Source of the DNA: Octopus sinensis
Lineage: Eukaryota
DNA: 64,000 bases
NCBI RefSeq assembly: GCF_006345805.1
Contig: NC_043004.1
Coordinates: 73,284,001-73,348,000, forward strand
Reading direction: 5' to 3'
Shown: positions 24,465 to 37,554 of the stretch, piece by piece
Layout: each line of letters begins with the position of its first letter
Position numbering within the stretch: the first letter of the stretch is position 1
The notes under the pieces: generated by a model
The model's input: the letters and a program-made list of their open reading frames with translations, nothing else
Databases searched by the model: none
Told to the model about the DNA's origin: nothing
Translations under genes and position numbers: made by a program

Positions 24465-24830
24465 TCCTTTATTCTTCTACTTGTTCCAGTCATTTGACTG
24501 CAGCCATGCTGGAGCACCGCCTTTAGTCAAACAAATCGACCCCAGGACTTGTACTTATTCTATCGATCACTTTTGTTGAATCGCTAAGTTTCGGAGACGT
24601 AAACATACTAAGATCGGTTGTCAAGAAATGGTGAGGAGACAAACATAGACACACAAATATACCACCTCACACACACACACACACACATCTACATCTACCA
24701 AATCCACTCACAAGGCTTGGTCAACCTGAGGCTATAGTAGAAGACACTTGCCCAAGGCGCAAAGCAGTGGGACTGAACCCAGGACCATGTGGTTGGGAAC
24801 GAAGCTTCTGGCCACACAGCCATTCCTGTC
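24463..24830 (-). mobile_element. SINE family A
   Basis: Tail-to-head similarity to the copy at 59692. Confidence 0.88.
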
Positions 24831-24836
24831 CCTATA

Positions 24837-25049
24837 TATGAATGAGAAAATTAAGAAAATAGACATCATTGACGTACAGACGTTATTTATTTAAAAACAT
24901 TCAATTCCTTATAGAGAAATACTTGCCTACAACTCTTTCCACAGCCAAACAATTCAATTACAGGAATTTCTCGACAAGAATTTGAATGTCTTTAAATAAA
25001 TAACGTCTGTACGTCAGTTGTTTCTATTTTCTTCATTTTTTCATTCATA
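24837..25049. mobile_element. MITE-like element with ~70-bp terminal inverted repeats, bounded by TA
   Basis: 24837-24907 is an imperfect reverse complement of 24978-25049; core tgacgtacagacgttatttatttaaa is exact. Confidence 0.7.
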
Positions 25050-25708
25050 AAGCTTTTTAATAGCCATGCGTTTCAATGATAGGCTAATATACCTGGTTTT
25101 CACTGTACGTTAGTATAAACGGGGGGAACTAGGATGCTTGCATCCCTGAAGGGACGTTCGGTTTCCTTGATTAAATGATATAAATTAAGAACAACCAGGT
25201 AATAAATCTTATAGTCTAAGGTCTTTTGGAGTACCTCTTGTATTTGCTAACTCCAAATCATGCCTCATGGGGCAGACTTATGATCTAAGGCGTTCTAACC
25301 ATAACCAACGTGTTTATTTCTGCCATAGCCTAACTATGATAATCTGTTGTTTTTCGTTTGATGGAGATTTAACCGCTATTTCTAGCATTTCGAGTGACCT
25401 TGTGAAGCATTTCTTGTTGACTCAACATTCAATATTATGAATACCTCTGTGATAGTTGTTCTGGTGAACCGAATCCACAGCCATTTTTTAATGTGCTGCA
25501 ATAGACGAAAGAGCCCCAGGATGCTGTGAAACGCTGCTTCGTTAGAAATTAAAGTAAATCAGGCGAAACGGTTTCAATTCTAACTGGAAACTTAATTATC
25601 AAGTCAGACGATCAGTTTCACTTTCAGTCTGTCTGCCGTGTTTTTGTTCGCAAATCTCAATTCTGCACGAAACATTCGTGTATGTTGGCGGATTCTCTTA
25701 AAGCTGCG

Positions 25709-25788
<80 letters not shown>

Positions 25789-26016
25789 TAACATGTAGGC
25801 TTAGACATACAGATTAATGAATAAGTACAGATAAGAGATAGGCATTCATATTCTATGATACGTGCGTATGCACAAGAGACCAAACTATTCTCAAATTTTT
25901 AAGTATTTGTTCTCAAGCGAGGGACATTTGTTCTCTTCCGTTTCCGGCAATGAGAGACTCTAATAAGATTATGTTGGTGAAATCTTTTGCCATCAGCCAG
26001 ACTCTGCATCTAGCAC

Positions 26017-26070
<54 letters not shown>

Positions 26071-26153
26071 TACATAACACACACACAGACGCACACAGAC
26101 ACACATAAACACGCACACACACACAAAGACACACATACACACAAATACACACA

Positions 26154-26189
<36 letters not shown>

Positions 26190-26215
26190 ACACACACCAC
26201 ACACACACACACTTT
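25709..26215. repeat. (CA)n at 25709-25786 and (CT)n(CA)n at 26019-26215
   Basis: Visible directly; unique sequence lies between the two tracts. Confidence 0.9.
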
Positions 26216-26877
26216 TAATCTCTTTCTCTCTGCTGCCTTCTATGAGTTTGATTAAAAGCTGAAACAGTATTTGGAGTATTTTGTCCAAGGAATATTAGTT
26301 TAATATGCAGGCAATTTCTAGCACTTTTGTCTACATAACGCTGCTCCGTCTTACGATCCTATATTGAAACTGTTATAACTCCGTTTCTTGCCCAAGGACA
26401 TATCATTACAAAATGTCAATAATGAGAAATGGCAAAAGACCAACAGATTTAAGCAGTCTTTGTTAAAGCAGTTTATTGCATTACTTCTCCAAGATAATTA
26501 TGAAAACTCAATGCACTTACAAGGAAAAAACCCTAAGGACCATTTGTTACTCAAACAAAACAGTTTGTTCAGCAAAAGAACATTTCTTTGTTTTTAAAAT
26601 ATAAACAGTCACTTCAAACAATTCGTCTGTTCGACCTTAAATGTGATCAGTACCGAGTTGCCGTAAAAGGTCATTTGTCCATAAAGAAAATTAGTACCTT
26701 AAAACAATTCTTTTCTTCATCCTTAAAAAAACTTTTAAAAAACTCAATACCTTATGACAATTTCTCTCTTTGTCTTGTAGATGCCAATTGGGGTTTTGTG
26801 ATTATCTTTCTCTCAAAATACAAACGGTATTAAGTAACAATTCTTCTCATTGTCCGAAAGGTACCTTTTGGACAAGG

Positions 26878-27050
26878 TAGGCGTGGTTAACAAGCTCGCT
26901 TTCCTACCACGTGGTTTCAAGTTCAGTCCTACTGTTCGGTGTTTTGGGCGTCTTCTACTAAAACTCTAAGATGACCAATACATATATTGTAAGCGAAGTT
27001 TTAGATGGAAATTGCGTGGAAGTCTGTCTGTTGTGCATATAAACTCGTAT
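26878..27050 (+). mobile_element. SINE family A 5' half, degenerate
   Basis: cgtggttaacaagctcgctttcctaccacgtggtttcaagttcagtcct...gtcttctact. Confidence 0.65.
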
Positions 27051-27124
27051 ATATATTAGCTTTTATTTGTTCCAATCATGCCGGGAGACGGATTTGAAGA
27101 ATTCTAGCCGAACAAACCGACGCC

Positions 27125-27449
27125 AGTACGTATTCTTTTTTTTCTGCTTAGTACTTTTTCTATTGTTTTTGTTTTTTGCCGAACTGCGAAGTTATGGGGA
27201 CGTAAATCAACCAACACCATTTGACAAGCGGTGTATGTGTGTGTACACACACATGCAGACACAAACACATGTATATGTAAATATACGACGGGTTTCTTTT
27301 GGTTTCTGTCTTCTAAATCCACTCAGAAGGCTTTGATCGACCCTGGGATATAGTAGATGACTCTTATCCAGGGCGCCACGCTGTTAGATAGAACTCGGAG
27401 CCATGTGGCTGGGAGGCAAATTTCTCACAACACAGCCACATCTGTGCCT
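27125..27449 (-). mobile_element. SINE family A, degenerate
   Basis: gccgaactgcgaagttatggggacgtaaa...cacagccac. Confidence 0.8.
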
Positions 27450-27652
27450 CTCAAACAACACTTATTTTAGTGCTGTTGACACCGCCGGATTGAATGGTAC
27501 TGCACAGGTGTCGAAACCATAATGATATCCGTGGGGCAGCTGATGATGGCCGTATGTTGGATTCTTGGTATGGCTGTTTTTGTATATGTGAAATAGTTAT
27601 TATAACACATCCTCGGGGTCCAAATGGGCCAATTAGTAGTCTATATGGATCT

Positions 27653-27886
27653 TGGGGTTCCATATGATCCTTAGGGATCCATATAAGATTTTGTTAAAAT
27701 CTACGTACAATTAACTGGTTATATTTCTACAACACACAAAATATTTAAATATTTCTTTTTATACTATTCCTAATAATATCTAATCATAAAAATATAGTAG
27801 GAATTTTTAGACATCCAAAAGCTATGAGAGTCCCACCCACTGAGTAAAATAGAAACCAAAGGGCAAAAAATGGTTGAGAACCACTG
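27653..27886 (+). mobile_element. hAT (Charlie-like) MITE, copy 1
   Basis: Ends ggttgagaaccactg, the reverse complement of cagtggttctcaacc; internal similarity to 47265-47499. Confidence 0.7.
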
Positions 27887-28148
27887 AGTCACTTTCCAGC
27901 TGGTGATTTTGCTTTACTTATTTCCCTTTATTTTCCCACCTGGATGAAAGGCATAACGTTCTTCATTGTTTATTTCTCCTCATCTCATCGTAAAATATAT
28001 ACTGTTGTGTGGAGTCGGGTCAGAAGAAATGAATACATTTAATAGTGAACGAAGACAAACTGTGGCAGCCTTTTTTGCCCAGTTTGACAATAAAATTTGG
28101 ATGTTTGTGGGCAGTAAAGAAATAAGCAATATATTGATATAGTGATGT

Positions 28149-28310
28149 ATTTCGTCGGTCTTTATGTTGTAAGTTCAAATTCCACCGAGGTCGAGTTTGC
28201 CTTTCATCCCTTCGGGGTCGATAAATAAAGTAGCAGTTGTGTACTGGAGTCGATCTAATCGACTGGATTCCTTCCCCAAAATTTCAGGCCTTGTGCCTAG
28301 AGTAGAAAAG
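28149..28310 (+). mobile_element. 5'-truncated SINE family B with a 21-bp target-site duplication
   Basis: aatatattgatatagtgatgt at 28128-28148 and 28311-28331. Confidence 0.9.
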
Positions 28311-28979
28311 AATATATTGATATAGTGATGTCTTCTAGTGCATCATCCATAGGTTGCAGAATCTTCTCTCCCAGCCCGCCTCAATACCCGAGGCGGTCCT
28401 AAAAGAGAGTATGGACGCTGCCTTTCCTCCTCTGATTAAGCTATTATAAAAACAAACATAGACCACGTCCCAGTTTCGATTCTCGATATCCCTCTTTCAC
28501 TTCATTTACACCGTTAATGCCTTAAATAAGAAAAAAAGAAAGAAAATAAAATAAAAGGTCCCTTAATATCGTTTTCCCCTATATAAAAATAGAACTTTAT
28601 AAGTATATACGAAATCCATATGCTAAACGCTAATCTATAAAGAAAAGGAAAACAGGAATTAAAAACAAGATAAAGAGTGAAATAAATGGTTTGAGTTTGT
28701 ATGTGTTGTCTTAGAAAGAATTTTTTTCCAGATGCCAAATTAACAGGACACCTAAGGTCTAACGTATGTCATTAGGAGTAAATGGTACCAAAAGCTTTTC
28801 GGATGAAAGAATCAGAAAGAAAGAGAAAGAGGTTTATTTTTAAAACAGCTCCTCCTTTGTCTTAAGCTGTTATTTTAATCTTAAAACGCCAAGAGTTCTT
28901 GGTGGCAACACGGGGAAATAAAAGGAAAAGCCTTATTATGGATCATCGGACATTTAGTCGATTTAGACAAATAATCCTT

Positions 28980-29136
28980 GTTGCACGCGCACGCATGCAC
29001 ATGCACACACGCACAGACACGCACGCACGTGTGCGCACACACACGCAGGTACGAACATACACACACACGCATTCATGTTCGTGTGTGTAAGTGTGTGTGT
29101 GTGTGTGTGTATATTCATGCATTTGCATTCGTATGT

Positions 29137-29188
<52 letters not shown>

Positions 29189-29465
29189 CTCGTAGACAAA
29201 TACATAAACTGGAAGCAGTGCATACATTCATGTATAATACACGCATTCATTTATTCATACATACATGCACACATACATACATACATACATACATACATAC
29301 ATACATACATACATACATACATACATACATGTATATGTAGATATGCCTGTATATATGAATGCATATATATATATATGCGTGTGCGTGTTTGTGTGTGTGT
29401 GTGTGTGTGTGTGAATGCATATATGAATGCTTATGTATGTGTGTGTGTGTGTGTGTGTGTGTACA
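28980..29465. repeat. (CA)n/(TA)n/(CATA)n/(TG)n field
   Basis: Visible directly. Confidence 0.93.
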
Positions 29466-30540
29466 CAGTTAAAATTAGAATAAATATACAAATCATAAGA
29501 AATTCCTATGTAGATGGCGCCAAAGGGTCTCTCATCCCCCGACTCCGGCGGTTATAACTTCACAATAGAGAGCGTCTTTCAACTTAATTACACAATTTAG
29601 CATCGAATGATCTCGAGACATAGTTTTCTACAACTAGTAAGATACTTTAGACATTCTACGACAGTAGTTTTAGTTACCTACAATGTAATGACACACTTTG
29701 CAGTGAATTGCTTTCGTTTTTGCTGTTGTTGCTTTCCACTTTTTGTTTTATTTTCTCTTTTTAAAAAACTTTTCTTTTATTTTTTTTTCACACTATATCT
29801 TCTTATCCTATAAATTCAAAATGCCTTATGTCATCTATGAAATTTTATTCGCCGCCTTTTATTCCCATTCCCATCTCTCTATCTCTCTTTCTCCTCCTTT
29901 ATTTCCCTTAAATTTCATTCCCTTTCATGTGTTTATTAGCCTTTCTTTTTCCATCTTTCTCTCTTATTCGTCTCATCTGTCAAACACTATGAAGCAAGGA
30001 ACTTAGTCTTTCGCCACGAAGCGGTTTCTCTTCTCGGTAGAAAACTTAGATTTTTTATTTTCGTGGGTAAGAAAATGTTCTACTATCTCTCAGTGTATCC
30101 GGTATATATATATATATATATATATATTGGTATCCAAAATAGTACATACGAGACTGACAAAGCAGTAACTGACAGAGGAAGCAGGCCAAATTTTTCTGGT
30201 TCTGTTCATCTTGATGCCAATAGTTATTATACAATATTTCAGCTTGATACTGCAAACGATAACGGATGAACACTAGATGTACTTTGGCGACTAGTTATTG
30301 TAAGGGAGATAATCACATCTCGATCAATCATGACGTGATGAGAAGTTTGAATTTTAAATCAGAGAGCTATGAAGAAGATGCAGGAAGTCTTTGAATACTG
30401 ATTGGTCTGCTACAAACGCTTCTACTCTTCCTCTAAAGATGGGGTCTCGCCTCATATTTACAGAAATGAAAATTAGCGATATATTTATCTTGAAGTTTAT
30501 AAAATAAATTCTAAACTTTGTTAAATTGAATTTTGTTTTA

Positions 30541-30826
30541 TATTTCACTTGTTGCAGCCACTGGTCTATGGCCATGCTGGAACACCACGTTGAAGGATTT
30601 AACGGAACAAATCACTCATTTATTATCATACACACAAATATTCACACAGACACACAAATATGAGACGAGTTTCTTTCAGGTTCCTTCTATCAAATTCACT
30701 GACAAGGTATTGATTGGTGTAGAGCTTTTGTAGAACACTCTTGTCCAATTTGCCAAGCAGTGGGACTGAACCCAAAACCATGTGGTTGGGAGACAAACGT
30801 CTTACAACACAGTCGTGCCTCCGCCT
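30541..30826 (-). mobile_element. SINE family A, degenerate with deletions
   Basis: ggccatgctggaacacc...agtgggactgaacccaaaaccatgtggttggg. Confidence 0.78.
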
Positions 30827-31059
30827 CTGTAGTCTGGTTCCTTTTATTTAATGTTTTAATGATTTTATCTCAAATAAAGTTTATTTGTTTTTCAATTATA
30901 AATATAAATGCCCTCTCCTGTTACAGAGAGAATAAACGGCTCTGGATGAATATGAAAGCGGATATCTTGATGCTAGAGTTAGTCTTGCCGTAATCTATAT
31001 ACTTATTTCATAACAGAAAGTCAGATTCGATCGAAGAAAGATTAAATACATTCTATTCA

Positions 31060-31437
31060 GTGGAGGCGCAATGGCCCAGTGGTTAGGGCAGTGGACTCGA
31101 GGTCGTGGGATCGCGGTTTCGATTCCCAGACCGGGCGTTGTGAGTGCTTATTGAGCGAAAACACCTAAAGCTCCATGAGGCAGAGGGGTGGTGGCGAGCC
31201 CTGCTGTACTTTTTCACCACAACTTTCTCTCAGATTTTCTTCCTGTTTCTGTTGTACCTGTATTTCAAAGAGCCAGCCTTGTCACACACTGTGTCACGCT
31301 GAATCTCCCCGAGAATTACGTTAAGGGTACACGTGTCTGTGGAGTGCTCAGCCACTTACAAGTTAATTTCACGAGCAGGCTGTTCCGTTGATCGGATCAA
31401 CTGGAACCCTCGTTGTCGTAACCGACGGAGTGCCACG
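31060..31437 (+). mobile_element. SINE family C, tail type C2, full length with a 12-bp TSD
   Basis: Head ggaggcgcaatggcccagtgg; acattctattca at 31048-31059 and 31438-31449. Confidence 0.93.
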
Positions 31438-31902
31438 ACATTCTATTCATAAATACTTGTCTGTTTTTGTATATCCGGGATTTAAATTTCTAATATATAC
31501 TACCGTTTATTAAATCGCAGTTCATAATTACTTGAATGCCTATTGGCTGATATTTATAGTCAGTTGACTGACACGTAGAGGCTCTCATTTTGGCTTGTTA
31601 AAATTACTTGTTATTATAGAATAGGGGCTTAGAAAATACATATATCATTTGGTTAATTTCCAAGTTAATTCCCAAGTCGGATATACCGAATTTCTTCAAC
31701 AGCGAGGAAGGTAACTCAAATCCAACAATGTAAAAGTGTTGCATGGAGAGCGAATAGCAACGTATCCTTTTAGTCTCTTAGTAATGAGACACATACATAC
31801 GTACGTACGTATGTACGCACGTACGTATATATGTATGTATATATCCATCTATGGTATTCACCACCAGAGTCCATCACGGTATGTATATGTGTATACATGC
31901 GA

Positions 31903-31950
<48 letters not shown>

Positions 31951-32372
31951 CAATTTTGGAAGCGTCGAATGTGTTGGTATTTTATAGACAAAAAGTAAAC
32001 TTTGAACGCAGTAAAGCAGTAAGAACAGCAGAAGAATATTGGATATTTACCCTTATAAGACGGAAAAGAGGTGGCAGCAGATGAACCATTAACTTTTCTG
32101 GTGATTTGATGAACTAGCTTTCTTTATTAGCATCGATTTGTGAATATGCAATTGTATTGTACAAAACCGAGCATACACATTTGTGCAAACATGTATGCAG
32201 AATTTCTTCCACTTTTAAATTAATACTAAACGAAGAAGGTTGCGAAACGGTCGTAAGCCTAAGAATGTCACGAGGTTAAATAAATATGTATTAGCTCTCA
32301 TACCCACTGACTTTTAAGACATATATATATATATATATATATATTATTATATTATATATATATATATATATA

Positions 32373-32460
32373 GGGGAGAATTCACACGAAAACAAAAGAC
32401 GAAGACAGGTGGTGTAGACAACAAACAGCTGTATTAGTATAACTCTCGGGAAGTGAAATA
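32373..32460 (-). mobile_element. Penelope-like pLTR end fragment (same family as 22800)
   Basis: ggggagaattcac...aaaagacgaagacaggtggtgtagacaacaaacag, adjacent to (TA)n. Confidence 0.7.
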
Positions 32461-32494
32461 TAGAAACAATTATTGTTATTACTATCATCTTTGA

Positions 32495-32675
32495 GGCAGC
32501 GAGCTAGCAGAGTCGTTAACATGCCTGACAAAACGCATTGCGATTTTTCGTTTGTCATTAAGTTCTAAGTTCAAAATCTATCAAGGTCAACGTTGCTTTT
32601 CATCATTCCAGGGTTGATAAAATAAGGTAACAGTCGAATTCTCTGAAATTTCAGGTGTTGCACCTATATTTGAAG
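32495..32675 (+). mobile_element. SINE family B, degenerate
   Basis: ggcagcgagctagcagagtcgttaac...gttgcttttcatcattccagggttgataaaataag. Confidence 0.75.
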
Positions 32676-33210
32676 CGATTCATATTAACATTTCGTACTG
32701 AACCGCTTGTCAGACGGTAGCAATCACGTATCCAGGTTTTATTACGAGAGAAGTTTGCTAACCACTCGCTCAATTCTAGACAAAAGGACATTGTTTAATG
32801 CAATATGGCTGACTCTGAAAGAGAAAAATTGATCCTTTGATTGATGAAAGCAAAGTTATATGTTATGTAATTTGAACTGTAAGAGCCGAAACAAATAACG
32901 CAAAACATTTTATCGGATGTTCTAACTGTTCTTTCCAAAGTTTCGCCATATTTTAAGAAGGTAAAATACACAATTTTGTGAATACAAAGATGGAAAATGG
33001 AGTAAAAAAAGAAAAAAAAAAGGACGAAACACCATTGTCCCACTTTTGTAGCATCGAATAGAATGAATGGGAGCTTGTCCCCTTTGTACCTCCGTCTTTA
33101 TATCTCGAGTTGCCATCAGTCGTGATGGTGAATATTGCCATGAATGTCTGTGTATGAGAGAGAGTAGTTGTATGTATGTATGTACGTACGTATGTGTGTA
33201 TGTATGTATA

Positions 33211-33338
33211 TATGTATGTAAGCTTGTATATACGTATGTATATATGTATGTAAGCTTGTATATACGTATGTATATAGGTATGTAAGCTTGTATATACGTA
33301 TGTATATATGTATGTAAGCTTGTATATACGTATGTATG
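33211..33338. repeat. 32-bp minisatellite, 4 copies
   Basis: Unit tatgtatgtaagcttgtatatacgtatgtata; agcttg at 33221, 33253, 33285 and 33317. Confidence 0.92.
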
Positions 33339-33615
33339 TATTTAGACAAATGCCTTAACTACATTTATGTGTGCTATCTCAATTTTTTAGACATAGATAT
33401 AAGTAGAGAAATCTTTTTACTCCATTTACATGTATTTGACTGCGGTACCTCATTTTTTTAGTCATAGATATCTTGAGATAAAGTCCTGGATTCTATTTAA
33501 ATCTAATTGTATTGCCGCAGTATCTTTATTTATTTTAGCGTAATCTCATGCTTGTGCTTAATTTCATTCTATCAGTTTAACAAAAGATCTTGTTACAAGC
33601 ATTGAATGCTTTATC

Positions 33616-33653
<38 letters not shown>

Positions 33654-33985
33654 AAGGAAGAGATAGATAGACAGATAGATAGATACGTACATACATAAAC
33701 AGATAGTAGAATTTGGGGATATATTGATGGCTCTAGAAAACTGAAAGTGTTATTAATATTAGCATGAGCCGCAAAGTTAGTCACACAATACGGTTAAGTG
33801 CTTCCAGTATCTCTAAATAGTATAGATAAAAATGAAAGATAATACAACTGCGATATTCTCTCGCCTCAGGTTCATCGTGTAATCATATCATCCGCCTTTA
33901 ATATACAATTAATATTGCTTGTAAGGAAAACTATTAGATTTTACAGCTGCGTAATGAATCTGCATCGCTTAAATTATTTTACCCC

Positions 33986-34140
<155 letters not shown>

Positions 34141-34488
34141 AATATGCACAGAAAACTATATATAAAGTTTATATGTATGTATGTTTTGTTAAAGGCCGAA
34201 ACCGAGGTATGCATTTAATTCTGTTTTTTATATAAATTTTCATCTGTCCTGCCCGCCAAATTTGGTTCTGGTGTTCGCTGAATTTTTCCTCTAGAGAATT
34301 TCCCTTGTAGTTTGATCGTTGGTGATCTGTTTCTAGCATACGGCCGACTTCCTAGCAGTCAAGCCCTGCCAATATACACATATATTAGAATTTTCTCTGA
34401 CTTCTCAGATTTTTTGTATGCTGGACTACTGGTTTTAAATTGATATTGAAATTAATATTAATTTATCTCCCTCATTATTTAAATATAT

Positions 34489-34558
<70 letters not shown>

Positions 34559-34570
34559 ATATATATATAT

Positions 34571-35475
34571 AGTCTGATCTATATGCTGTGAGTCAATGGG
34601 CAGTCAGAAACAAAATGCAACTGAACGAGGGAAAATTTGAGCTGATGCATTTTGGAAGAAATTCCTCACTAAAACAGCTATACTCTCTTCCTTCAGGGGA
34701 ACCGCTCACAGCCTCTAACAATATCAGAGACCTGGGTGTAATTGTTGATGACGATCTCAGTTGGAGTGCACACATCAACAATAATGTCGATATAGCTCGT
34801 AGGATGAGTTCCTGGATCTTAAGAACTTTCCGGTCCAGAGAACAAGGTGTCATCATACCACTTTTCTCCTCTTTGTACGGCCACACCTCGAATACTGCTG
34901 CCCGCTGTGGTCTCCTCATACAAGACAAAACATCTCGAGGATTGAGTCACCCCAGAGGGCACTCACTAAACGAATTGAAGGCATGGCTGCTCTCGATTAT
35001 TGGGATCGCCTTAAAGCCTTGAAACTTTACTCTCTCCAGCGTCAACGTGAGCGGTACATCATTTGTACAATGTGGAGAATATATCGCCAACTTTGCCCAA
35101 ACGACTTGAACATTAGCTTCAAGATTCATCCAAGACTGAGACCACGGGCCATACGTCCCCTGCCCAATTCAAGATCACAGCATACATGTACACTGCAACA
35201 TAATTTCTTTTCCTCAACAGGCCCTGCCCTATTTAACATTGTCCCGAAAGAGATCAGAGAGGAAAAGGATCCCATCAACTTTAAACGGAATCTGGATAGA
35301 TTCCTTCAAGGAATACCAGATAAGCCACCAATAATTGGATACAACTCACCCAACAAAAACTCATTACTTGAATGGACCATAAACAAAACTTGACTTAATC
35401 CTATCAGGTGGTGCTATTAAGTTAGACATGGCCTGGACCAATCTTTGGTCGAACATATCTAAGTTATCTAAGTTT
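34571..35475 (+). mobile_element. 5'-truncated CR1-group LINE: RT C-terminus/thumb region and 3' UTR, inserted in (TA)n
   Basis: MQLNEGKFELMHFG...RDLGVIVDDDLSWSAHI...; a 1-nt frameshift near 34870 restores VRPHLEYCCPLWSP; then YWDRLKALKLYSLQRQRERY...FKRNLDRFL. Stop at 35391-35393; tail (ATCTAAGTT)x2. Confidence 0.92.
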
Positions 35476-35493
35476 GTATATATATATATATAA

Positions 35494-35538
<45 letters not shown>

Positions 35539-35585
35539 CGTTTGCCTATGTATGCATAGATGTGTATGTGTACCTGTGTGTGTGA

Positions 35586-36040
35586 AAACGTAACCTAGTG
35601 GTTATAGTGTAGCACTCAGGAACTTACGACCATGGTTTCGGTTCCCGGGGCGACGGTTTGTTGTGCTTCTGAGGAAAACACTTCATTTCACGTTGCACAA
35701 ATCGGACGAGCCCTAAATGAGTTCCAGCAATAGCTGAGAAGTTCAAGGGAGGATTATTCCAATGTCAGTCACTTATACGGCATGGAAACCGGGTAAAGCT
35801 TCCATGAATCCTGGGTCTTATGAGGCCAAAATAAGTATTTTATGTACATGTTTATGGCTTCGTGGAGGCGTGTGGCTTAGTGGTTAGGGCATTCGGTTCA
35901 CGATCGTAAGGTCGTGAGTTCGATTCCCGGCGGTGCGTTGTGTCCTTCAGCAAGATACTTTATTTCATGTTGCTCCAGTCCACTCAGCTGGCAAAAATGA
36001 GTAGTACCTGTATTTGAAAGGACCAACCTTACACATTCCC
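35586..36040 (+). mobile_element. Two SINE family D copies (35586-35830 degenerate; 35864-36040)
   Basis: Head ggaggcgtgtggcttagtggttagg with B box gagttcgattccc; body gtgtccttcagcaagatactttatttcatgttgctccagtccactcagctgg. Confidence 0.8.
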
Positions 36041-36394
36041 AGGGAGATCAGCATGATGCAGAATGAGATAAAAGAAACCAAGGCGGTGAAGATTTTAGAA
36101 CATTTATAAATAGGTCTTACACTTGTTTCCGGGATATTAATTATATCCCTTCATCGGAGACGGTGTGAGAAAATGGTTAAGCAATAGTTAATTTAGATAA
36201 GATATGAAATAGAGAGTGAAGTGGAGGAATGAAAATAGATGTGCGATATGCAGGGATATTGCATTTGTAGATCCATTATTTAGGCAGAACGGTATACATA
36301 TAAGATTCCAATACCTTGTGAATAAAATCCAGTAGTATTTAAAATGGGTCATTCCAAGTATAGAGTTTGTACACAGTGCTATTGAATCGAGGGT

Positions 36395-36471
<77 letters not shown>

Positions 36472-36605
36472 CCTCCATAAAGTAATTCATTTAATACTGA
36501 AAGATATATAAATTTAAATATATTATTATCAACATTTTACTAAAAAGTTCTATTTTACTAAATAATATATATTAAAAAAATACGCATAAAACGACGACGC
36601 GCCGA

Positions 36606-36799
36606 CTAAAGCCTTGTTAGTGAATTTGGTAGACGGAAACTGAAAGAATCCTGTCGTATATACGGCCCGTGGCTATAGTGCCATGCAATGGGTCTGAATC
36701 CGGCATCATGTGATTGGGAACTAAGCTTCCTACTACACAGCCACATATACATGTGTGTATGTGTGTGTGTGTATATGTGTGTGTGTGTTTGTGTGTGTG

Positions 36800-36842
<43 letters not shown>

Positions 36843-37250
36843 AGCGCAGGCTTGGGCTGTGTGGCCTGTAATTATTTCTATTCGCAACAACGTGGTTTCA
36901 GGCTTATTCCTTCTGCATAATATCTTGAGTAAGTGTAGTCCCTATTGTAGTCCCTGTTCGGTGAATACCGTATGAGTGAATGATTTCTGGTTGGCGGCAA
37001 CTCTGCAGACGACCGTCGTCTATATGATGTGTACAGTATGCGGCGTGTCTGCTCTAACTCTTTGTGTTTCTCCTCATGACACCTGGCTTCTGTTTTTGCT
37101 TCGTGTACAACTCCATAACTCACCGGTTCGAGCACATAAATGCTTGATGCAATATGTACCAGACTTAAAATACGTGGTTTTGTTCGAACAAATCTTTTAA
37201 GGCGGCCCTTCAACGTGGCCACCGTCCAATAAGTTACCAAGTAAAAGAAT
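36606..37250. mobile_element. Rearranged and degenerate SINE family A pieces in both orientations
   Basis: 36606-36662 plus-strand middle, 36663-36745 minus-strand head, 36848-36910 plus-strand head, and a tail-like piece at ~37190-37250. Confidence 0.55.
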
Positions 37251-37277
37251 ACATACATATATATATATATGTATATA

Positions 37278-37493
37278 CGAGGGGTGCTGAAAGTTCCTGG
37301 CCTTAAGAGTATCGCTAAAGGCCTGGCTGGAGGCCCAGCCTTCCGAGTTCTTTCACAGGGCTTAGGAAAACTAAAGGACGGGTGCAATAAGTGTGTGGAT
37401 CTGAGATAGGAATATGTTGAATAAAATCATAATTAACTGGATCCTCAAGTATTTTCTTTTACCCAAAAGCAGGAACATTTCAGCACTACGTCG
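37278..37493 (+). mobile_element. Mariner-derived MITE retaining the transposase C-terminus
   Basis: TIRs cgaggggtgctgaaagttcctgg / gcaggaacatttcagcactacgtcg; TA at 37276-37277; internal peptide KDGCNKCVDLR*EYVE* resembles the mariner KC...G.Y.E* terminus. Confidence 0.8.
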
Positions 37494-37509
37494 TGTGCAT
37501 GTGTGTATG

Positions 37510-37554
<45 letters not shown>

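Noticed and set aside
33211-33338. 32-bp periodic repeat as a CRISPR array
   Set aside because: The units are contiguous with no unique spacers, there are no cas genes, and the context is eukaryotic.
36878-37387. 169-aa minus-strand ORF
   Set aside because: It runs across a mariner MITE, a TA microsatellite and SINE fragments, so it is a chance chimeric frame.
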